From the NCBI GenBank assembly GCA_965153285.1, contig OZ229118.1: DNA of 64,000 bases; one strand, written 5' to 3'. The DNA comes from Podarcis tiliguerta (Eukaryota). Under the pieces are notes generated by a model that did no database searches, was not told the origin of the DNA, and was given only the letters and a program-made list of their open reading frames with translations. Numbering within the stretch: the first letter of the stretch is position 1; every line of letters starts with the position of its first letter. The position numbers were made by a program, and so were the translations under genes. Shown piece after piece: positions 28,325 to 38,455 of the stretch.

Positions 28325-29630
28325 CTACAAGGGAGAAGAAAAGAAAGATATATTAATGTTGGCACATTTTTGATGGAAAGCAAGGCAGATACAAATTTAA
28401 TAATTATGCAGTGACATCCCCCCCTTTTTTTAATGGAGATGGAAGTCTCAGGACCAAACAACACATGATGCCAATCATCTATTTTTATATATTTTTAAAT
28501 CAAAGAATCATAAACATTTTTCATTCACACAAAACCCCTTATCAGGAATCTTGCTGCAAGACAATCATAGCAGAACCCAAGACATATCAGAACCACATAA
28601 TAATAATGGAGCATAACTGGAAATTCCACAGATTTTTTTTTAACCTACTTCTTTTACAGTTTTCCCTGCCTTTTCTTTTGTCGATATCCTTTGGTTAAAC
28701 CGACAAATATTTAACATAAAAAAAGTTTTCAAATTAGCTACTTGGCTACCCATGCTTTCTACTTCCTGTCTACTCAAGACAGAGACATCATTCATCCATC
28801 TTCTGCAATAGAAATTTTGGGTCGGGTACATTCTTCACCCAGTGGGGACTCGCGTCTTTGGATGTTTTGGCTCATCGTGTCAACACAACCTTGATTTCTC
28901 CCACAATGCCCCACTGTAAGCTTTGCCGTGGGTGGGTGTGTATGTGGAGTGGAATTCTCAATTTGGCAAACTAGGACCCGGTTTGAAAAAACATCAACCA
29001 TGCAGTGCCGCATTATGGAGCTGGGCTGAGACGTTTACACCCATTTTTCAAGCAATTTTGAAATCCCATCCCACTGGCAAGCTTAGGAGCACTGTCTGCC
29101 TATTTTATTCATACTGATTTTTTTCCCCACACTGCCAGAGGTGGGCCTAGATACTTCCCTCCGTAAACAGTGGTGGAATATAAATAACCCTCCAACAAAG
29201 CACATGGCTAGAGGACACACCCTTAGAAACATACAGAGAGAGACCAACTCTGATTCACCAGATACAGTAAACACCCTATTAATACATGTGGAGGAGCCTC
29301 AGAGTCTGAGTGAGTTTACAGAAGACGCAGGATCAGGGCTTGTTCAGGCTCCAACTCACCCCAACGTCAGGAAAATTGGAGTGGCAGTGGAATTGGGGGG
29401 GAGATGCTCTGAATTTACCTTCCTTTCTTTTCTACTTTCCCTCCAAGCATTTGAAACCTCTCAACTCTTCATTTCTTTAGTTACATTTCACCACTGCCCT
29501 TCAAGGTATTTGTATATTAGCTACGATCTACATGTTCATATAAGGCCTGTGGCTCAGTGGGGGAAGCACATTAGCTGCATGCACAAAGTCTCAGGTTCAA
29601 TCCTAATGTCTCCAGCTATTTGAAGTAGCA

Positions 29631-29840
29631 GGGAGCCAGTTTGGTATAGTGGTCAGTGTCAGACAAGGACCTGGGAGACCAGGGTTCAAATCCCCATGAA
29701 GCCATGAAGTTCACCTTGGGCCAGTCACTGCCTTTCAGCCCAACCTACCACACAGGTTTGTTGTGGGGATTGAATGGGGAGTTGGAGACCCATGTATGCC
29801 ACCTTGTGCTCTATTGAAGAAAAGGTGGGATATAAAGCAA
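29631..29840 (+). mobile_element. Older tRNA-derived SINE (Squam3/MIR-like)
   Basis: gggagccagtttggtatagtgg...ggttcaaatccc; related copies at ~59760-59965 and ~32130-32205. Confidence 0.65.
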
Positions 29841-29867
29841 ATAGAGGCCTTGGAAAGCCCAAGACTA

Positions 29868-30053
<186 letters not shown>

Positions 30054-30908
30054 CTAAAAACCAGATAATACTAAGTTAATTGAATTGGTGGGCTGAGCAT
30101 TGAGATGGCTGGGAGATAGTCAACTAATCGCTGTAAAACCACAATACAGATAAGGACCAGAAAGCATTGGGCTAAATTCTACTAACACAAAAGCAGAGAG
30201 GGGAGGTTTCAAATTGGACAGAAAATTGTCTCGCTTGCTCTAGGTGCTTTCCTCTCTTTGGTTTATATTGACTCTTAACATTTGCATAAAACACATTGGC
30301 AATCCTAAGCAGTGTGAGATTACTTCTCTGCTCTTTGCCATTTGTCTTCAGTATCTGCCAACAATCCCAAAGAAGGGCAACATGTACAGGCCTATATATC
30401 AGATTCCCCAAACAGTTATTTACATTTTGAAATGCTCTTGTGTTTTCTTGTTTCTAACAGCACTCCAATTACTTGGATATGACATGAAGAGTTGTTATTT
30501 TCTGTTCCCAAGAAACCTGCTTTAGTAGCAATGAGTGTTGTTTATATACTGTCCGAAAATACCCAATTCTACCTGTGACCATATCCCCAGTGGTAAAGAT
30601 TTGTGGTCAATTCTTGCAAACACAAAACCAGAGTTGGACAATGGAATGTCTTATGTGCAATATTAAGTGCACAATGTCTTACAGAGACCCTCATCAACTT
30701 GGTCCAAAGCAAATAAAATAAAGAGTCTCCTTCCCTGAGCAATAATAAAAACAATCTACAGATGCTATCAAAGAGTGTCTGAGATTATTTTTTGACAATT
30801 ATACATAAAATTGTTCTGCTAGTCAGCAGTTGCCAGGAGTTCTGCATTTGTTTTGGAAACATGTGTCTCGCTTCTAACCACAGCTTACTTAAGAAGTATC
30901 AGTGACAT

Positions 30909-31127
30909 AGCGTGTTCTCCTTCAGGGAGAGCACGTGTTGCGGTGGGGTCTACTGAGCCACCCCTCTGTTACCAGGCAAGGTCTCTAAAGATGGCCTGGG
31001 GCAGTGATTGGTTCACTGGGTTGCTGGGGTAAAAGTTATGTTGCAATTTTGGTGGGAGGGGTAAAAAGGTTTAAATACTCTGCACGCAGCCTTGTACTTT
31101 CTCTTTTGCTGCGTGCAACGGATCACC
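30909..31127 (+). repeat. Ngaro split direct repeat A1 (219 bp)
   Basis: Identical by eye to 36758-36976. Confidence 0.92.
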
Positions 31128-31452
31128 TGGAGCACTTGGACCGTCTGGAGGACAGTGGAGCGATCTTCTCATTGTCTGGTTACATTTCTTTATTTTCCCC
31201 TTCTTTTTAATCTTCTCTAGTCCCTTAATTAATTTAATTCCCCCCCCCTTTTTTTTTCCTGTTTGATTTCCCACCCCACCCCTTATCCTGCCCTTTGGGA
31301 AGATTCTCCCTGTACCTGTGAGCACTGCCTGTGCTTAATCCTCCTTGGCTTGCCTTTCCCAATAGGGAGAGAGCCCCCATTAGGGGTTTTCTTTTGCAAA
31401 AAGGTTTTCCCCATTTTTGCCTGTTTAATTGTGGGGCTAGCCAGGGCGGTTC

Positions 31453-31936
31453 CCAGCTTACCTGGAATCACTTTCATTTATACCATCCCCATAGGTTGGC
31501 TTTATTTTGGGTGCGTGCAGTGCTGTTGGCCAAAATTTTAATCTAGCCTTGGGCGGGAGCACTATATTGAGTTCCTTTAATATTGCAATGAGACAAAAAA
31601 GGCAGAGAGCAGAAGCATGGAGGCCTGCACGGCCTGCACGGCCTGCACATATTATTCAAGCCTAAGCCTGCTACAGTTAGCAGTACAGTAAATTTCCAGG
31701 TTACCTGGAATCACTTTCGTTTATAGTATCCTCATAGATTGGCTTTATTTTGGGTGATTGCAGTGCTGTTGGCTGAGTTTTAATTTAGCCTTGGGCGGGA
31801 GCACTATTTTGAGTTCCTTTAATATTGCAATGAGACAAAAAAGGCAGAGAGCAGAAGCTGGGAGGCCATCACGGCCTGCACGGCCTGCACATATCATTCA
31901 GGCCTAAGCCTGCTACAGTTAGCAGTACAGTAAATT
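31453..31936 (+). repeat. ~243-bp tandem duplication (2 diverged copies) inside the Ngaro 5' region
   Basis: ttacctggaatcactttc...gcagtacagtaaatt at 31458 and 31701; contains (ggcctgcac)n. Confidence 0.9.
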
Positions 31937-32879
31937 GTTAAGTTCCTGTGACATGTGACTCATTCTCTCTATAAGAATGTATCTGTTTGTTTGCAGGCTC
32001 ACTTGTTGCTAATGTATATCTTAGGCAGACAGAGTGGAGCCAGAGGCTCTCTGTGCCTCCAATGAGCACTCTTTGTATGCTCTTTAACTATGCTGTTTCC
32101 GAACAAGTTTATTTTCTGCAAGTTAGAGACGAGCCATTGTGGCTTAGTGGCTAGAGCGCAGGACTAGGACCTGGGAGACAGGGTTCATATCCCCCACTTA
32201 GCCATTGTTATCACATAACAAAACAAGCTGCTCCTTTTGGACTATTTTGTTGCTGGGTAGTTTGGCGCATTTGTGATATTGCTCCCAAAAAGAACTTGGG
32301 GTTTCTTGAGGAGGTGCTTCCCTCTAAAGGGCAAGCAGGGGTACCTGGACAGGCGGTGGGCTGCCTCGAGTTTGTTATCTCATTGGAAACATTTATGTCT
32401 GGCCTAGCAGGTGATCCTAGGGCTTGGCCCGCTTGGCCCTAGAATTTGATGGCCTCTGGCAGCGTTTCTGGCCTGAATAGCGTCCCCATGTGGTGCACAA
32501 AGCATTGGTTTCACCTGTTCCTCACATTGTTTAGGTTTTTTGCAGACTATGACAGGGCCTTTGCAGATGCCTCCAGAGCTTGCCTCTCCTGCAGAGGATG
32601 ACATGTTGATGCCCCAGGTGCCTTCTTCCAGAAGGAAGCGTCTTCAGAGGCAGGAAAAAGCGGAGCAGGGATGAGGCTTACACCTCCTTGCAGGTAAATC
32701 ATCACTGGGCTGATGATGATTCAGACATCACCTTGGACCTCTCCAGGGGACAGGGTGAGGCTGTTCCAAGTCTTTAGGGATCATCATGGATAGCTCAGCC
32801 GGTCAGCCTATGGTGCCGGTAATGCCTAGGTTGCAGGATTGGTCCCTGTATGGGACAGCTGCATGCTCCCTCATCACTT

Positions 32880-33241
32880 TACCTGGACACTGAGGTCCAG
32901 CGCCGAGGGCCTTTCTGGTGGTTCCCTTACTGTGAGAAGCCAAGTTACAGGGTACCAGGTGGAGGGCCTTCTCGGCAGTGGCACCTGCCCTGTGGTACAC
33001 CCTCCCACCAGATGTCTACTACCAGACTTTTAGAAGACATCTATGGCGGCCCTGTTCAGGGAAGCTTTTAATGTTTGATGCATTACTGTATTTTAATATT
33101 TTGTTGGAAGCTGCCCTGAGTGGCTGGGGAAGCCCTGCCAGATGGGCGGGGTACAAATAGATTATGATGATGATGATGATGATATTGTGGGAGAGTGGAC
33201 TAGATGATCCTCGGAGTCCCTTCCAACCCCACTATTCTATA
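32880..33241 (+). mobile_element. L2-like LINE 3' end followed by a CR1 3' tail, nested in the Ngaro element
   Basis: agggccttctcggcagtggcacc...gggcggggtacaaata(gat)n, then ggactagatgatcctcggagtcccttccaacc..attctat. Confidence 0.65.
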
Positions 33242-33379
33242 AGTGGTAATTCACTATGATGGGAATGTTAGACGCAGGGCTGCCATCATCCCCTTAGCTC
33301 GCTAGGATCACAGGGACGGGGACATGTGGACAGCTCCACATTTCAAATGGAAATTCCCTGAGCAATAGAACCTGAAGCT

Positions 33380-34450
33380 GGTATGCAGGAAGCTGGCCCG
33401 GTGGCAGCTTTGTTGGAACTTCTTAGGGATCGTCCCTAAGAGAGCCCCATACGATTCCATCTGATCCATATTTATCACATCCCAAAGGCACCTCAGTGAA
33501 TGATGCTATCCCTCCGGAATTGTTCCGTGAAATATGCATCTTTGGATCAGGCAGTTGAGCTTACCAACAAATTGGAGGAGGTGCCTTGTTGGCATTATGC
33601 AATATTGAATTGGCTGTTAGGCTGCTGCCGGTTCACCCTCAAGATTTTAAGTAGTTAGGCTTTAATTGGATGGTCCTTATATTCATAAGGCGATGGCAGT
33701 GGGTTGCTCAATAGGCTGTGCAGCACTGGAGTCCTTTAGCGCCTTTCTGGATTGAACATTGCGAGTCAAGACTCGTTTAACTGGGGGTATCGTTATGTGG
33801 ATTATTTTACTGGCTGTTTCTTGTGACACCAGCCTCTGCTTAGCTTACTGGATGCCCCTTTATTCCCTGAGGAGCTGGGTGTTCTGTTGGCAGTGGAGGA
33901 TAGTGGGTCCTACTGCCCCTTTTAACGTATTTGGGGCTAGCTGGATACCGTTGCTCAAACATCTGCTTGCCTGTGGAAAATCTGTTTGCCTTGAAGGATG
34001 TTATTCTTGTAATACTTCCTCTGAAGCAAGTGTTGCTTTGTCAGATCCTATCATTCCTAGGTCAGTTAAATTTTGCATGCAGGGTGGTTGCTCCAGGCTG
34101 CTCCTTCCATTCCTGCTTGGCCAGGTGGTCTCATGGCCCGGGGTCCCTTCATCATCATGTACAGTGGCCTTGAGCCTGGCAGGGCAAGGCAATCACATGT
34201 AACCTAACTTTTCTCGAGTTTTCCCCATTGTAGTGTCAGTGCACATCTGGACTGAGGAGTTTAGGGACCGTCGGATCTGTCTTGGTCTGATAACCAGGCA
34301 GTATGAGAGTCCTGGCAAAACGGTCTTCATGCTCTGGCAGAGTCTTCGCAATGCTTAAGGTTTAATATTGCGTTTCTGCTCGCTTTATTTCGGGATCATC
34401 TAATGTTTTTGCTGTCGCTCTATCCCGTTTTTTCAGTTGGAGAGCTTCAG
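33380..34450 (+). pseudogene. Degenerate DIRS/Ngaro reverse transcriptase-RNase H
   Basis: Frameshifted fragments LSHPKGTSVNDAIPPEL..SVKYASLDQAV..ALLALCNIELAVRLLPVHPQDF*LGF..GCSIGCAALESFSAFL..YVD; RNase H-like LEFFPIVVSVHIW..DNQAV..ALSR. Confidence 0.85.
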
Positions 34451-34519
34451 ATCCTGGGCTCTGGACGCCCAGCTAGACCGGATTTTCTGTAGCTCCTTTG
34501 GCACTTGGCAACAATTATT

Positions 34520-35395
34520 AATTATGAGGAGTAGTAGCTTACGTTTCCCCATCTGCTTTCAGGTCTTATGAGAAGGCCGGGATTGATTTCTTAAAATTTA
34601 GCTGGCAGTCCTCGGCCATTCAGAGGAACCTGCCCCCATCCTCTGAGCAGGACCTGCAGTAATTCACCCATCTGCTGCAGATCGGATGCAGTGTTAAAAC
34701 TATCAGAATTCAGTCCGCTGCAATGTCTGCTAGAGTAAAGCTTTAATTTTTCAGAGACCCTTCTAAAAGTGTGTCGTGCGCAGGGTCTCGGAAGGTTGGA
34801 ATAGGCTCCGAACTTCACAGGCCAGCAGGCAGGAAGCCTGTCAATGTTTGACCTATGCAGTATCCGCAACAAGTTAAGACTTGTCGGCTGGTTCAAGATC
34901 AAGACAAGACTTATTTCAGTATTCCATTGTAATTTTGGTGTACTGAGGGTTGGGGAAATTGTGTTGGAGCCAGCACGGGGCTGAGAGTTCGGAGGCTTAT
35001 TGCCTCAGGACTTTTCCTTATCTGCTTTGGAGCTTGTCATAAGTGTCTGGAGCTCTAAGTCAGACCTAGTGAGCAGGGTTGCCACCATCAGGCTTCCAGT
35101 CACAGGTGAGGTGGGCCCTTGCCCTGTTATTGGATACCGGAAATATTTGGCTTTTCGTTCCCCTGGGGGCTGGCTCGATCCTAGTGCACAGAAATGGGTT
35201 CTGGTTCGACAGGCATCTAATTGCTCACATTGTGCGCCTGTTATTGCAGCCTGCGGCTTGCCTACCGCTGAACACACCTCATTCCTTCCAAATAGGTGCT
35301 GCTGCAAAGGCTGCGCACTGGGGCCTGTTAGTAGGCAGGATTGTGAATACGGGTCATTGGAAGTCTGACGCTGACAAAAGGTTATGTCAGGAAGC
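34520..35395 (+). pseudogene. Degenerate tyrosine recombinase
   Basis: FGVLRVGEIV (~34934), SKSDL, CPV, HSFQIGAA (35280-35303; the canonical HSFRIGAA Arg is lost), GHWKSDA..YVR (35352-35391); stops and frameshifts. Confidence 0.85.
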
Positions 35396-35549
35396 ATCGC
35401 CAATGATGCCTGTGCTGATGCCTGTCTGTTATTCCTTTTTTCATAGGAGCAGCTGTTCACATTTGGATTGTCGGCCACAGCATCATGCACTGAGCTGGCA
35501 AGCACCCTGACGAGTCTGGACTGGGGGCGCCATCTCAGCCTTCCTGCCC

Positions 35550-36236
35550 ATGTTTCTAGCTCCAGTCCGCATCTGGATTGTGGGGCACAGCATCGTTTAC
35601 TGGGCTGGCATCAGAGCTAGGCAGGCTGGAAGGGGACTGGGTCTTGGCCTCCCGCAGCATGTGCAGGTCTCGCTCCAGTCCGTATCTGGATTGTGGGGCA
35701 CAGCATCGTGTACTGGGCTGGCATCAGAGTGAGGCAGTCTGGAAGGGGATCTCGGCTTCCCACAGCATGTACAGGTGCCGTGGATATCCAGACGGGGAAT
35801 GCGGTGGAGTGAATTCATCCCACTAATTAAGCAGAGGGTGCTTTCACATGGCCCCCCTTTGGCAATTTTGGTGCAGTTGGGGGAGAATGATATGGCAAAG
35901 GTTGATTGCTTTACTTTGCAATCCGTGATTCTAAGAGACTTGGGGGAATTGGTGACCTTAATACCTACCGTTAAAATATTTTGGTCACAATTACTGCAAA
36001 GGAGCAATTGGCAGGGCATTTCTCAACCCAAGGCTGCCGAAAGGGCCAGGAAGCGCATTAATTCCGCAGTGAGCAAGAGGGTAGCGGAATTGGGTGGATT
36101 GGTGATTTCCCACCCAGATATTACCTTCAAGGCTCTGGCCCTTTACTGCAATGATGGGGTACATCTTTCCGAGCTGGGGAATGATGTCTGGTTGGATGCG
36201 GTAATTGGAGGATTGAAGGTTGGGTTGGGATTGTGA
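35550..36236 (+). pseudogene. SGNH/GDSL-family hydrolase of the Ngaro element; 5' part tandemly duplicated, 3' 153 codons open
   Basis: Block I WIVGHSIV, block II RGMRW, block III LVQLGEND, block V DGVHLSELG; TGA at 35730 inside the duplicated segment. Confidence 0.82.
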
Positions 36237-36269
36237 GTGGTTGGCGGCGAGCATAAGAGCTCGATTGGC

Positions 36270-36757
36270 GGTTAGGCATTGGTTATAAATCTGGTGGAGG
36301 AGGGGTCAGGATAGGCTGTGCCTGCCCCTCCATGGTTGCTGCGGAAAGGGAATTCCGTTGGAGGAGGGGTCAGGATAGGCTGTGCCTGCCCCTCCATGGT
36401 TGCTGCGGAAAGGGAATTCCGTTAAAGGAATCCTGGGGCTTGCCATCTTTTCGTCCAATCCCTGGAATGGGACTAGGGCCGGCAAGCCTTCGGGGAGCAG
36501 GCGGGTGAGAGTTGAGGGTTGTGTCTCAGCTCCAATTCCTCCCCGACTTGCTTTCCCCCGCACTGTCTTTCGGTGGTGCCCGGAAGTCAGTTCTGTCCCC
36601 AGGCGGGGGGACAGATAGTCTTAACCAATGCCTAAACAACCACTCACGGTTTGTATTTGAATAAAGTTGTGGCCAAAATCATGCCAAAAATCTTAAACAA
36701 AAATTACGTGTCTGTTGTGAGTTATTTGGGGGGTGGATTGGGGACCTCGACACGCAA
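36270..36757 (+). repeat. Ngaro split direct repeat B1 (488 bp), with a 64-bp tandem duplication and AATAAA at 36660
   Basis: Identical by eye to 37146-37633 (offset 876); the ORF track gives identical peptides in both copies. Confidence 0.92.
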
Positions 36758-36976
36758 AGCGTGTTCTCCTTCAGGGAGAGCACGTGTTGCGGTGGGGTCT
36801 ACTGAGCCACCCCTCTGTTACCAGGCAAGGTCTCTAAAGATGGCCTGGGGCAGTGATTGGTTCACTGGGTTGCTGGGGTAAAAGTTATGTTGCAATTTTG
36901 GTGGGAGGGGTAAAAAGGTTTAAATACTCTGCACGCAGCCTTGTACTTTCTCTTTTGCTGCGTGCAACGGATCACC
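36758..36976 (+). repeat. Ngaro split direct repeat A2
   Basis: Copy of A1, directly abutting B1. Confidence 0.92.
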
Positions 36977-37145
36977 CGCCCACCCGCCCTAGAGTAAGGG
37001 GTTGTTGCGTTGACCTTGCTATTGCCTGTCATGGGGTCGTCTGCCTTTGAGCAGGGGCCTGGTAGGAATTTTTCCACCTGGCAAATTGGCTGGCTGGGTG
37101 GTTTTTGCCTACTACGTAGCAAATCGTCACAACTTGTAAGGTTGT

Positions 37146-37633
37146 GGTTAGGCATTGGTTATAAATCTGGTGGAGGAGGGGTCAGGATAGGCTGTGCCTG
37201 CCCCTCCATGGTTGCTGCGGAAAGGGAATTCCGTTGGAGGAGGGGTCAGGATAGGCTGTGCCTGCCCCTCCATGGTTGCTGCGGAAAGGGAATTCCGTTA
37301 AAGGAATCCTGGGGCTTGCCATCTTTTCGTCCAATCCCTGGAATGGGACTAGGGCCGGCAAGCCTTCGGGGAGCAGGCGGGTGAGAGTTGAGGGTTGTGT
37401 CTCAGCTCCAATTCCTCCCCGACTTGCTTTCCCCCGCACTGTCTTTCGGTGGTGCCCGGAAGTCAGTTCTGTCCCCAGGCGGGGGGACAGATAGTCTTAA
37501 CCAATGCCTAAACAACCACTCACGGTTTGTATTTGAATAAAGTTGTGGCCAAAATCATGCCAAAAATCTTAAACAAAAATTACGTGTCTGTTGTGAGTTA
37601 TTTGGGGGGTGGATTGGGGACCTCGACACGCAA
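37146..37633 (+). repeat. Ngaro split direct repeat B2
   Basis: Copy of B1; 3' terminus of the element. Confidence 0.92.
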
Positions 37634-38278
37634 CAAGGTATTTATTCATGAATAAGTGCATTCTTGAGCACAGCCCATGCAATATTTATCTCTATTTTGT
37701 CATGATAAAAGTATTCCATAATAAGTAGTTCTGGGGAACCACACACACCAAAAGTTACGTCAGCCTTAAATACTGAACACATGGTATAGCCCCCTATCAT
37801 ACAATAAATTATGTGTTTTAAAAGTAGGAATTAAATTTTGCTTACATAGCAAACTTGTGAGCCATTTTTGTTTAGGAAATATATTGCTTCTGATGTCCTG
37901 CAGATGTTCATCACACATTCCATTCAGACAGGATGAATGAATTCTTATTCTGCTATTGCCGATGTTTGTCAGCTAGTAGCATAGAGCAGCTTTTCCCAAA
38001 CTGGTCCTCTCTCAATATTATGGACTACAACTCCCAACAGCTCCAGCCAGCACTTGGGATGATGGAAGTTGTAGTCCAACTGCATCTGGGGGAGTTGGAT
38101 TGGGGAAGTATTGGAGGATTTAACAGTGAATAGATATAATGATGGTACAATCATAGTTCATCACAGAAACTGCCCTGAGATTTACAAATAAATACAAATT
38201 CAATAAATAAGAAGAATAAGAAGTTCATAAATGAGTGATTTCTGTTAAGAACATAAAAAGAGCCCTGATGGATTAGAG

Positions 38279-38455
38279 CAGGGGTTGTCAACCTGGTCCC
38301 TACTGCTCACTAGTGGGCGTTTCAGGATTCTAGGTGGGCGGTAGGGGGTTCTATGGAACAAGCTGAATCCTCCCATCGAGCACTGCTGGGTAGTAAGGAA
38401 ATTGTACCATCAAGAAGGATGCATTAGGTAGGTATAAGAATGTTGACTACCCCTG
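38279..38455. mobile_element. hAT-type MITE nested in a CR1-like fragment
   Basis: TIR caggggt(t/a)gtcaac; 8-bp TSD gattagag/gattagac. Confidence 0.85.

Larger units (their letters stand above)
30909..37633 (+). mobile_element. Ngaro-type tyrosine-recombinase (DIRS order) retrotransposon, full outline, coding-defective
   Basis: Split direct repeats A1(30909-31127)...B1(36270-36757)-A2(36758-36976)-spacer-B2(37146-37633); decayed RT, RNase H, YR and SGNH hydrolase in that order; no target-site duplication. Confidence 0.9.

Noticed and set aside
35005-35505. 166-aa minus-strand ORF
   Set aside because: It is the antisense shadow of the decayed recombinase region.
37001-37010. Spacer sequence gttgttgcgt complementary to the element end plus flank (acgcaacaa), like a DIRS1 internal complementary region
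   Set aside because: Only 9 nt, and it includes presumed host bases, so it cannot be distinguished from chance.
36306-37494. Duplicated 78-85 aa ORFs in the ORF track
   Set aside because: They arise from the non-coding B1/B2 repeats and show no protein motifs.
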